Assembly (NCBI GenBank): GCA_900544255.1
Contig: UQUM01000005.1
Span: forward strand, 24,892-88,891
Direction: 5' to 3'
DNA length: 64,000 nucleotides
DNA from: an uncultured Sutterella sp.
GTDB taxonomy: Bacteria > Pseudomonadota > Gammaproteobacteria > Burkholderiales > Burkholderiaceae_F
A program made the position numbers and the translations under genes. The notes beneath the pieces were generated by a model that was not told where the DNA came from, searched no databases, and saw only the letters and a list, made by a program, of their open reading frames with translations. This document shows positions 55,974-64,000 of this stretch, piece by piece. The stretch's first letter is position 1; each line of letters starts with the position of its first letter.

Positions 55974-57770
55974 TTACTTCTTGTCGTCCACCTGCAGAAT
56001 GGCGAGGAACGCTTCCTGCGGAATTTCAACGCTACCCACCTGCTTCATGCGCTTTTTACCCGCCTTCTGCTTTTCCAGAAGTTTCTTCTTACGGGTGATG
56101 TCGCCGCCGTAGCACTTTGCGAGCACGTTCTTGCGGAGCGCCTTGACGTTCTCTCGAGCAATGATGTTGCCGCCGATGGCGGCCTGAATCGCCACGTCGT
56201 ACATCTGACGCGGAATGAGGCTGCGCAGCCGCGTCACGATGTCGCGTCCCCGGGACACGGCATTCGTGCGATGCACGATGGAACTCAAGGCATCCACGCG
56301 GTCGCCGTTGATGAGCATGTCGACCTTCACCACGTCGCTCGCACGGTATTCCTTGAATTCGTAATCCATCGACGCATAGCCGCGGGTAATGGACTTCATC
56401 CGGTCAAAGAAGTCGAGAACGATTTCCGCCAGAGGCAGTTCATAAGTGAGGTGCACCTGACGCCCGTGGTAAGCCATGTTGATCTGAATACCTCGTTTTT
56501 CCTGGCAAAGCTTCATCACCGTACCGACATAATCGTTCGGTACGAAGATCGTCACGGTATCGATCGGTTCACGGATTTCGGCAATCTTATCGACGGGCGG
56601 GAGTTTGCTCGGATTTTCCACACGCACGACTTCGCCGTTCGTCATCAGAACTTCGTACACGACGGAAGGCGCCGTTGTGATGAGATTCATGTCGTATTCG
56701 CGCTCCAAGCGTTCCTGAACGATGTCCATGTGCAGGAGCCCCAGGAACCCGGCGCGGAAACCGAACCCCAACGCCTGCGAAACTTCCGGTTCAAACTTGA
56801 GGGCCGCATCGTTTAACTGCAGCTTGAGAAGTGCTTCGCGCAGCGCGTCGTACTGATTGGATTCCACTGGGTAGAGCCCGGCAAAGACCTGAGGCTTCAC
56901 TTCCTTAAAGCCGGGAAGCGGCGCCGCAGCCGGATTCACCACGCTCGTAATCGTGTCACCCACGCGGGCGTCTTTGAGTTCCTTGATGCCGGACACCACA
57001 AAGCCCACTTCACCGGGTTTGAGGCAATCCCTCTCCTTCGCCTTCGGCGTAAAGACCCCCACCTGTTCCACAAGGTGCGTCGCCCCCGTCGCCATCAGCA
57101 TCACCTTGTCCTTCGGACGAATGACGCCGTTGATGACGCGCACGAGCGTCACGATGCCCACATAGTTATCAAACCAGCTGTCGATGATGAGGGCCTGAAG
57201 GGGAGCATTTTCGTCGCCCTTCGGGGGCGGCACGTCGGTCACGACGCGCTCCAAAATCTCCTCGATCCCCATGCCGGTTTTCGCCGAGCAGAGCACCGCG
57301 TCCGTCGCATCAATTCCGATCACGTCTTCGATTTCTTCCTTGGCCGCATCAGGGTTGGCGCTGTTTAAGTCCATCTTATTTAAGACCGGCACCACGGAGA
57401 CGCCCAGGTCGATGGCGGTGTAGCAGTTGGCGACCGTCTGCGCTTCCACCCCCTGCGTCGCGTCCACGACGAGGAGCGCTCCTTCGCAGGCCGACAAGGA
57501 ACGGCTCACTTCGTAGGAAAAGTCCACGTGCCCCGGGGTATCGATGAGGTTCAATTCGTATACTTTTCCGTCGCGCGCCTTGTATTTGAGGGACGCCGTC
57601 TGCGCCTTGATGGTGATGCCGCGTTCGCGTTCCAAGTCCATACTGTCGAGAACCTGTTCACTCATTTCGCGGTTGGAAAGTCCTCCGCAGTATTCGATAA
57701 GACGGTCGGCCAAGGTGGATTTGCCGTGGTCGATGTGAGCAATGATGGAAAAATTACGGATGTTGTCCAT
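55974..57770 (-). CDS. lepA: Elongation factor 4 (LepA)
   Basis: [19 protein letters not shown] start. Unique LepA C-terminal domain. Confidence 0.92.
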   Translation of the reverse strand: MDNIRNFSIIAHIDHGKSTLADRLIEYCGGLSNREMSEQVLDSMDLERERGITIKAQTASLKYKARDGKVYELNLIDTPGHVDFSYEVSRSLSACEGALLVVDATQGVEAQTVANCYTAIDLGVSVVPVLNKMDLNSANPDAAKEEIEDVIGIDATDAVLCSAKTGMGIEEILERVVTDVPPPKGDENAPLQALIIDSWFDNYVGIVTLVRVINGVIRPKDKVMLMATGATHLVEQVGVFTPKAKERDCLKPGEVGFVVSGIKELKDARVGDTITSVVNPAAAPLPGFKEVKPQVFAGLYPVESNQYDALREALLKLQLNDAALKFEPEVSQALGFGFRAGFLGLLHMDIVQERLEREYDMNLITTAPSVVYEVLMTNGEVVRVENPSKLPPVDKIAEIREPIDTVTIFVPNDYVGTVMKLCQEKRGIQINMAYHGRQVHLTYELPLAEIVLDFFDRMKSITRGYASMDYEFKEYRASDVVKVDMLINGDRVDALSSIVHRTNAVSRGRDIVTRLRSLIPRQMYDVAIQAAIGGNIIARENVKALRKNVLAKCYGGDITRKKKLLEKQKAGKKRMKQVGSVEIPQEAFLAILQVDDKK

Positions 57771-58010
57771 GGATAATTGACCGGTTGAATGCGTACGCAA
57801 AGCACGCCGAAGGCATCGGTCTGCACGTCGTCCGAAGCCAATGTGCACGCCGATGCCCCAAAAGTGGGGCGGATTTTATCAAAACGGCGTCGCCCCTTCC
57901 TTTTGAGAAACAAGAATTTTCAGCTTTTTTCCGCTCGAATCCGTTTTTTCGGCGAAAAGTCGTTAGACTGCGCGCCGTTCTTTGTTTTTACCGAAATTTA
58001 AGCCTGTCTC

Positions 58011-59213
58011 ATGGCCCGTAAACAACACCGTACTCCCGTTGAAGAAACGCCCGTCGTCACCACCGAAGGCGACGCGGACGAATTCACGCGCCTTGCGCTT
58101 CTCGCGATTGATTCCACCTCCCGATTTGAAGACCGCCGCGTCGACAACGAACTTGAAGCCCTCTGCCGCCGGCACCTCGACAAAGGGGAAGACAGCGACA
58201 TCGAAGCAGCGCTTTCCCGCTTAAAGGAAGCGGATTCCCCCGCCTACGACGAGCTTCTCGCGATGGCCGAAGACTGCGCGCAGACGCGGCTTGACCCCAA
58301 AGGCGCGCACCTTCTCGTCCTCATCCCCATTCTGGGCTGGAGCCGCTACGTCATAGCCGCCGGCCCCACGGACGCGACCGCCTTGAACGACTTGGCCGAG
58401 CTTTATCAAAAGCACTGGGCCACGCCCGAAGCCACGGTCGCCGTCGGCAACTGTCTTCTTTCCGCCGATAACCTCCCCGAAGGGCTCTGCGACATCCGCA
58501 AGTTGCTCGCTGAACTCACGGACGGCAAGAAAAAAGGGCACGTCGTCAACATTGCGTCGTTTCTTAAGAACGATCCGCCTCCCGACTTTGCCGACGTGCG
58601 CTACCTCGCGCTTTCCGTGTCCGCCGAGACCCCGGAAAAGCTTTTTCCGCCGCTCACGGACGACTACGTTGCGCACGCCCGCCGCACAATGGACTTCTGT
58701 CTCACGGCCCGTGAGATTCTGATGACGCCGATGGCCGGCACCCGCATCGACGTACAGCCTCCCTCAGCGTTTTTCACCGGCTGGCGTCAGGCCGACGCCG
58801 CGATGCGCGTTTTCTGCCTGCGCGCCTTGGTGAGTTACGTGTGCTGCATGGGCTACAACGCCGCCGACATCATTGCGACGACGGCGGTTTTCGTCCGCAT
58901 GGGCCATGAAATGCAGTCGATGGACACCGACGAAGTCCGTGTTGGGTTGTCGCTTAAGAACCAGCCTTCGGCGGTCGTCGCCGGCGTCGTTCTTCCGACG
59001 CTTCCCGAAGAGCATGAACAGAACCAGACCTTCGCGGCCGAAGTGCTCCACGACGCAGGGATCAACGAAATCGTGTCGCTCCCGCAGACCTTCCCCATGG
59101 AATGGTGTGAGGACTGCGGCTCCCCGCTTTACGCCAATTCCGAGGGCTATGTCCGACACATTGAAACGCCCGCCGGTCTGGATGAAAAGACCTTTGCGCC
59201 AACCTTAAACTGA
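58011..59213 (+). CDS. Conserved hypothetical protein (possibly DUF2863-like), acidic N-terminus, C-terminal CxxC
   Basis: 400 aa. No catalytic motif recognised. Lies between lepA and clpB. Confidence 0.45.
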   Translation: MARKQHRTPVEETPVVTTEGDADEFTRLALLAIDSTSRFEDRRVDNELEALCRRHLDKGEDSDIEAALSRLKEADSPAYDELLAMAEDCAQTRLDPKGAHLLVLIPILGWSRYVIAAGPTDATALNDLAELYQKHWATPEATVAVGNCLLSADNLPEGLCDIRKLLAELTDGKKKGHVVNIASFLKNDPPPDFADVRYLALSVSAETPEKLFPPLTDDYVAHARRTMDFCLTAREILMTPMAGTRIDVQPPSAFFTGWRQADAAMRVFCLRALVSYVCCMGYNAADIIATTAVFVRMGHEMQSMDTDEVRVGLSLKNQPSAVVAGVVLPTLPEEHEQNQTFAAEVLHDAGINEIVSLPQTFPMEWCEDCGSPLYANSEGYVRHIETPAGLDEKTFAPTLN

Positions 59214-59230
59214 CGCAGTTTCAGCCCACA

Positions 59231-59277
59231 AAAAAAGCCGGAAGAAGGTTTCAGCCCTCAACCGGCTTTTCTTTTAC
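59231..59277. terminator. Bidirectional rho-independent terminator between the 58011 gene and clpB
   Basis: AAAAAAAGCCGG-(19 nt)-CCGGCTTTTCTTTT. A/T tracts on both sides of the hairpin. Confidence 0.55.
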
Positions 59278-59289
59278 GGACCGCACGCG

Positions 59290-61890
59290 TTACGCCGCTG
59301 CAGCCTTCTTCACATTAAAGGTAAAGTCTTCGCCTTCGGCCCCCACGATGATCGTGTCTTTAGGCGCTGCCTTTCCTTCCAGGAGAAGCCGCGCCACACC
59401 GTTTTCGATCCGATCCTGCACCGCACGCTTCAAGGGCCTTGCGCCGTAAAGCGGATCAAACCCGACCTTGGCGATTTCGTCCACCGCCGCGTCCGTCACC
59501 TCGAGCGTCACGTCCTGCGACGCCACGCGAGCCGCGAGTTTTGCGATCTGGATGCGGGCGATCTTGTGAATCGCTTCGGCGCCCAACGCGTTAAAGACCA
59601 CGATCTCGTCGATACGGTTCACGAATTCCGGACGGAAGTGCTGCTTCACTTCCTGCATCACGGCGTCCTTCACCTTGTCGGCGGGTTCGCCCTGCATCGC
59701 CTGGATATCCGCGGAGCCGAGGTTACTCGTCATGACGATCACGGTGTTCTTAAAGTCCACCGTCCGTCCCTGACCGTCCGTCATACGACCGTCGTCCAAC
59801 ACCTGCAGGAGAACGTTGAAGACGTCGGGATGCGCTTTTTCGACTTCATCGAGCAAAATGACGGAGTACGGGTGGCGCCGCACGGCTTCCGTGAGGTAGC
59901 CCCCTTCTTCGTAGCCGACGTATCCCGGAGGCGCACCGATCAAACGCGCGACGGAGTGCTTTTCCATGAATTCACTCATATCAATACGGATCATGGCTTC
60001 ATCCGTATCAAAGAGGAATTCAGCAAGCGCCTTCGTCAGTTCGGTCTTACCGACGCCCGTGGGCCCCAAGAAGAGGAACGAACCGTAAGGCCGGTTGGGA
60101 TCGGACAACCCCGCACGGCTCCGGAGAATCGTTTCGGTTACGCGTTTCACGGCTTCGTCCTGACCGATGACGCGCTTTTCAAGCGCTTCACCCATGTGAA
60201 GGAGCTTCTGGCGTTCGCCTTCCATCATCTTCGCTACCGGAATCCCCGTGGCGCGGCTCACGACTTCGGCGATCTCTTCGGCACCCACGCTCGTTCTCAA
60301 AAGTTTCGGCCGCGACTTCGCTTCCGCTTTTTCCGCGGACTCTGCCTTCTTCAGACGTTCTTCGAGTTTGGGGAGCACCGCGTACTGGAGTTCCGCCAAC
60401 CGTTCGTACTTGGCTTCACGACGGCAGGCGTCCATCTCACGGCGCACCCGATCGATTTCATCGCGGGCATCCTTCTCACCGAGCGCTTCGCTCTTTTCCA
60501 CCTTCCAAACTTCTTCGAGGTCGGAGTATTTCCGAGAAAGCGTCTCGATTTCCGCTTCAATGGCGGCCAACCGTTTCTTACTCGCCTCGTCCGTTTCTTT
60601 CTTCATCGCCTCGCGTTCAATCTTGAGCTGAATGAGACGACGGTCGAGCTTATCGAGTTCTTCGGGCTTGGAATCGATTTCCATCTTCACGCGGCTTGCG
60701 GCCTCATCAATGAGGTCGATCGCCTTATCCGGAAGGAACCGATCCGTGATGTAGCGGTGCGACAATTCCGCCGCCGCCACAATCGCGGGGTCGGTAATTT
60801 CCACCCCATGGTGCGCTTCGTACTTTTCCTGCAGGCCGCGGAGAATGGCGATCGTGTCTTCCACGCTCGGTTCATCAACGAGTACTTTCTGGAAACGACG
60901 TTCAAGCGCCGCATCCTTTTCAATATACTTACGATACTCGTCCAGAGTCGTCGCACCGATGACGTGCAGTTCACCGCGGGCAAGAGCAGGCTTCAACATA
61001 TTGCCCGCATCCATCGAGCCCTCGGTTTTACCCGCGCCCACCACCGTATGAATTTCATCGATGAAGAGAATAATGCGGCCCTCGGACTGCGTCACTTCCT
61101 TCAAAAGTTTCTTCAGACGTTCCTCAAATTCACCGCGGTACTTGGCGCCCGCGATCAAGCCCGCCATATCAAGCGACAACACGGTCTTGCCGCGCAGCGT
61201 ATCCGGCACTTCGTTGTTGACGATACGCTGAGCCAAGCCCTCAACGACGGCCGTCTTGCCCACACCGGGTTCACCAATTAGCACGGGGTTATTCTTGGTG
61301 CGGCGCTGCAGAATCTGCATCGTGCGGCGAATCTCATCATCGCGCCCGATCACGGGATCCAATTTTCCGAGACGGGCGCGTTCCGTCAAGTCCACCGTGT
61401 ACTTTTTGATGGCTTCGCGTCCGCTTTCGCCTTCCGCATCCGTCACTTTTTCGCCGCCCCGAACCGCCGTAATCGCCGCTTCAAGGAGTTTCTTCGTAAC
61501 GCCGGCGGCGGCAATCAAACGCGATACGTCCAAGGACGAATCCGTCGCCGCGAGAAGGAACATTTCGGACGAAATAAATTCATCCCCGTGTTGAGAGGCT
61601 TCCTTTTCGGTGAGATTCAAAGCCCGAGCGAGATCACGGCTGATCTGCACGTCGCCGTTCGTTCCGGTGACTTTCGGCAGATTCTTCACGGCCGCCGCCG
61701 CTTCGCGCTTTAACTGCTGAGCGTTGCCGCCCGCGCGTTCCACGAGGCTTACCGTACCGCCTTCCGGATCGTCCAACATGGCGGACAACACGTGAACCGG
61801 TTCAATGAACTGATTATCGTTAGCCAAGGCGAGCGACTGAGCCTGAGAGAGCGCCTCTTGGAACTTGGTCGTTAATTTGTCTTGTCTCAT
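59290..61890 (-). CDS. clpB: Chaperone ClpB (AAA+ disaggregase)
   Basis: Start [18 protein letters not shown]. Two AAA modules ([16 protein letters not shown]). M-domain coiled coil. The track ORF is over-extended by 80 codons. Confidence 0.92.
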   Translation of the reverse strand: MRQDKLTTKFQEALSQAQSLALANDNQFIEPVHVLSAMLDDPEGGTVSLVERAGGNAQQLKREAAAAVKNLPKVTGTNGDVQISRDLARALNLTEKEASQHGDEFISSEMFLLAATDSSLDVSRLIAAAGVTKKLLEAAITAVRGGEKVTDAEGESGREAIKKYTVDLTERARLGKLDPVIGRDDEIRRTMQILQRRTKNNPVLIGEPGVGKTAVVEGLAQRIVNNEVPDTLRGKTVLSLDMAGLIAGAKYRGEFEERLKKLLKEVTQSEGRIILFIDEIHTVVGAGKTEGSMDAGNMLKPALARGELHVIGATTLDEYRKYIEKDAALERRFQKVLVDEPSVEDTIAILRGLQEKYEAHHGVEITDPAIVAAAELSHRYITDRFLPDKAIDLIDEAASRVKMEIDSKPEELDKLDRRLIQLKIEREAMKKETDEASKKRLAAIEAEIETLSRKYSDLEEVWKVEKSEALGEKDARDEIDRVRREMDACRREAKYERLAELQYAVLPKLEERLKKAESAEKAEAKSRPKLLRTSVGAEEIAEVVSRATGIPVAKMMEGERQKLLHMGEALEKRVIGQDEAVKRVTETILRSRAGLSDPNRPYGSFLFLGPTGVGKTELTKALAEFLFDTDEAMIRIDMSEFMEKHSVARLIGAPPGYVGYEEGGYLTEAVRRHPYSVILLDEVEKAHPDVFNVLLQVLDDGRMTDGQGRTVDFKNTVIVMTSNLGSADIQAMQGEPADKVKDAVMQEVKQHFRPEFVNRIDEIVVFNALGAEAIHKIARIQIAKLAARVASQDVTLEVTDAAVDEIAKVGFDPLYGARPLKRAVQDRIENGVARLLLEGKAAPKDTIIVGAEGEDFTFNVKKAAAA

Positions 61891-61963
61891 ACTTTTTCCC
61901 TTTCGGCAGTCCGCGCGTTGTCTCGAAAACGGAGCTCGGTGCACGTCCGCCGCTGTTAAAGAG

Positions 61964-61993
61964 CTATATGCGTTCGAACTCCGAGTTTTCAAG
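61964..61993 (-). promoter_or_regulatory. Candidate sigma-32 heat-shock promoter of clpB (CTTGAAA-13-ACGCATATA)
   Basis: Matches CTTGAAA...CCCCATNTA loosely. ~70 nt upstream of the clpB ATG. Confidence 0.3.
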
Positions 61994-62178
61994 CCTTCTT
62001 TTTCGTCGGGATACACACCGTTACAGAGTCGTTCGTCTAAGCACTCTTCCCTACGGAGTTTGCTTTCCTCATTTGAGAGGCATAGAGTGGCCGACAGTTT
62101 TTCCAATTTGACAACAAACGGCCGACTCAATCGCGTCCACTGCGAGGGAGCCGGTGTTTCAACCTATAGGAAGATGAA

Positions 62179-63174
62179 GTGGTTACTCTCAATCGTCGCG
62201 CGCTCGTAGGCGCTGCTCTTCTCACTCCGCTCGTCGGCTGGTCAACGATTTCCCTCGCTCAGGTCGGCACCGGATCCCATCCCATCCGTATCGTCGTTCC
62301 GTACCCGCCCGGAGGCCCCTTGGACGTCGCTGCCCGCGCCATCGCCGAAGCCGTGCGTCCCGATCTCGGCAACGTCATCGTCGACAACAAACCCGGTGCC
62401 GGCGGCAACATCGGCGTGTCTTATCTCGCGAAGCAACCCGGCGACGGCATGACGATGTGCGTCGGAGCCGTCGCCACGCACGCCATCAACCCTAATCTCT
62501 TTAAGAAGCTCCCTTACGACCCGGTGAAGGACTTCCGCCCGGTGACGCTTATTGCACACGTACCGAACGTCCTCGTCATTACGCCCGCGTTCTCAAAGAA
62601 GACAGGCATCAAGTCCGTCGCAGACCTCGTCGCATACTGCCGCAAGCATCCCGGCGAATTGAATTACGCCTCGGGCGGCAACGGTTCGGGCGGCCATATG
62701 GCCGGCGAACTCTTAAAGGCCCGCGCCCAGATCAGCATGGTGCATATCCCCTACGCGGGGGCCGCCGCCGCGAAGCTCTCCGTGCTCGCGGGGCAAACGG
62801 ATCTTATTTTCGACAATCTTGCTTCCTGCAAAGGGCAGATTGAGGCAGGCGACTTGATTCCGCTCGCCGTTACGACCACAACACGAGCAAAGGCTCTCCC
62901 CAACGTCCCCACGATGATTGAAGCGGGCGTGCCCGACTTCAATATTTCGACGTGGTACGGCCTTTTCGTACCGGCTTCGACACCGGACGATAAGCTGGCT
63001 ACGCTCAACACCGCCGTCACGAAGGCCTTAAAGAGCGACGCACTCCGCGAACGCCTCAGCCGCCAGGGCGGTGAAGCCGCCCCCTGCTCGCCCGCGGCAT
63101 TCTCTGCGCTCATCAAGGACGAACTCGCCAAGTACGCCGAGATCGTCAAAGCTTCGGGCGCTCACGTCGACTGA
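62179..63174 (+). CDS. tctC: Tripartite tricarboxylate transporter substrate-binding protein (TctC/Bug family)
   Basis: GTG start, signal peptide. Bug-family periplasmic binding protein motifs (GGPLDVAARA, NYASGGNGSGGHMAGE). Confidence 0.8.
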   Translation: MVTLNRRALVGAALLTPLVGWSTISLAQVGTGSHPIRIVVPYPPGGPLDVAARAIAEAVRPDLGNVIVDNKPGAGGNIGVSYLAKQPGDGMTMCVGAVATHAINPNLFKKLPYDPVKDFRPVTLIAHVPNVLVITPAFSKKTGIKSVADLVAYCRKHPGELNYASGGNGSGGHMAGELLKARAQISMVHIPYAGAAAAKLSVLAGQTDLIFDNLASCKGQIEAGDLIPLAVTTTTRAKALPNVPTMIEAGVPDFNISTWYGLFVPASTPDDKLATLNTAVTKALKSDALRERLSRQGGEAAPCSPAAFSALIKDELAKYAEIVKASGAHVD

Positions 63175-63249
63175 CGCTGCGTTTCTCTCAAAAGGCGCCT
63201 CCCCCATTCCGGGCACGGGCGCCTTTTTCCTCTTTCCTGAAAGTTCATC

Positions 63250-63720
63250 ATGACGTTACGCAACGCCAAAGACTTTTGGTCCGGCGTCCTCTTTACCGCC
63301 GTCGGCCTCTTTTTCATCGTGACCGTCCAGGAACTCCGGCTCGGGACGGCCGCCCGCATGGGACCCGCCTATTTTCCGACGATCTTAGGCGGCCTGCTCA
63401 CTCTTCTGGGACTCCTTCTCGTCGTGCGCGGTTTTCTGTCGCGCATATCACTCACGACCGCTGACGCCCACCGCGTGGAGCCGTTCCACTGGCGCATTCT
63501 GACGCTCATCTTGGGCAGCGTCCTCGTCTTTTCCTTCCTTCTCAACACCTGCGGCGTCCTTCTTGCCGTCGGCGCCATGATTTTCATCTCGGCCTGCGCC
63601 GAAAAAAAAGTGCATTGGAAGGAAACTCTCGCAGTGGTCGTCGTCCTGGACGCCATCGTCTGGGTGACGTTCGTTTACGGAATCGGTATGCAGATTCCCG
63701 TCTGGCCCTCGTTTTTCTAG
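63250..63720 (+). CDS. tctB: Tripartite tricarboxylate transporter small permease TctB
   Basis: 156 aa, 4 TM. Positioned between tctC and tctA. Confidence 0.65.
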   Translation: MTLRNAKDFWSGVLFTAVGLFFIVTVQELRLGTAARMGPAYFPTILGGLLTLLGLLLVVRGFLSRISLTTADAHRVEPFHWRILTLILGSVLVFSFLLNTCGVLLAVGAMIFISACAEKKVHWKETLAVVVVLDAIVWVTFVYGIGMQIPVWPSFF

Positions 63721-63729
63721 GAGACGCTC

Positions 63730-64000
63730 ATGGATTTAATGAATAATCTCCTTCTGGGTTTTCAGACGGCGCTTACGTTTCAAAATCTTCTCTACTGCTT
63801 CTTCGGCGTCACGGTGGGCACCCTGATCGGGGTGCTACCGGGGATGGGCCCCGTTGCCACGGTGGCAATGCTTCTGCCCATCACTTATGCGCTTGATCCC
63901 GCTTCTGCCCTCATCATGCTCGCGGGCATCTATTACGGCGCGCAGTACGGCGGCTCCACGACCGCTATTCTCGTCAACATTCCGGGCGATGCTTCCGCCG
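63730..64000 (+). CDS. tctA: Tripartite tricarboxylate transporter large permease TctA (partial, continues past window end)
   Basis: N-terminal TctA sequence ([17 protein letters not shown]...[16 protein letters not shown]). Confidence 0.75.
   Translation, partial: MDLMNNLLLGFQTALTFQNLLYCFFGVTVGTLIGVLPGMGPVATVAMLLPITYALDPASALIMLAGIYYGAQYGGSTTAILVNIPGDASA

Noticed and set aside
61891-62130. Track ORF over-extensions (N-terminal), also 57771..57848 (lepA), 50801..50845 (pncB) and 42857..42895 (thrS)
   Set aside because: The extensions lack homology and the conserved protein N-termini begin at internal Met codons. They are start-codon over-calls of the longest-ORF method.

Overview
High-GC (~60%) bacterial chromosome segment, most likely from a betaproteobacterium (Burkholderiales-like). 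This is inferred from gene order: rpsU-yqeY-dnaG-rpoD, thrS-infC-rpmI-rplT-pheST-ihfA-merR-like, lepA-lepB-rnc-era-recO-pdxJ, and a TctCBA/Bug tripartite transporter. The window is mostly housekeeping genes, including guaBA, smpB, relA, clpB, pncB, nagZ and anaerobic nrdDG, on a densely packed and mainly minus-strand coding layout. There are three tRNA genes: Ser-GCU, Pro-GGG and Val-GAC. One accessory-looking stretch sits downstream of tRNA-Ser (17.5-26 kb). It holds an uncharacterised membrane-anchored protein, an aldo-keto reductase, a secreted SNase-like nuclease, a HerA-like DUF853 ATPase, a ZntA/CadA-type P1B ATPase with its divergent MerR-type regulator and operator, and a small membrane protein. 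No integrase, transposase, CRISPR array or recognisable defence cassette was seen. The most unusual observation is that the class III ribonucleotide reductase NrdD appears to be split: the 674-aa catalytic ORF stops after the zinc ribbon, and the glycyl-radical loop (TRVMGYHRP...FNIGKKGEF) is carried by a separate 59-aa ORF. That ORF has its own Shine-Dalgarno sequence, is translationally coupled (TAATG) to nrdG, and is absent from the ORF track because it is under 60 aa. Other notable points are a ~200-aa lysine/alanine-rich histone-H1-like N-terminal extension on RpoD, a non-canonical AUA start for infC, degenerate DCPxE heavy-metal-binding domains on the P-type ATPase, and a tandem pair of Cys-rich paralogous hypothetical genes. 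Many long ORFs in the six-frame track are antisense shadows of real genes, as expected in a high-GC genome.
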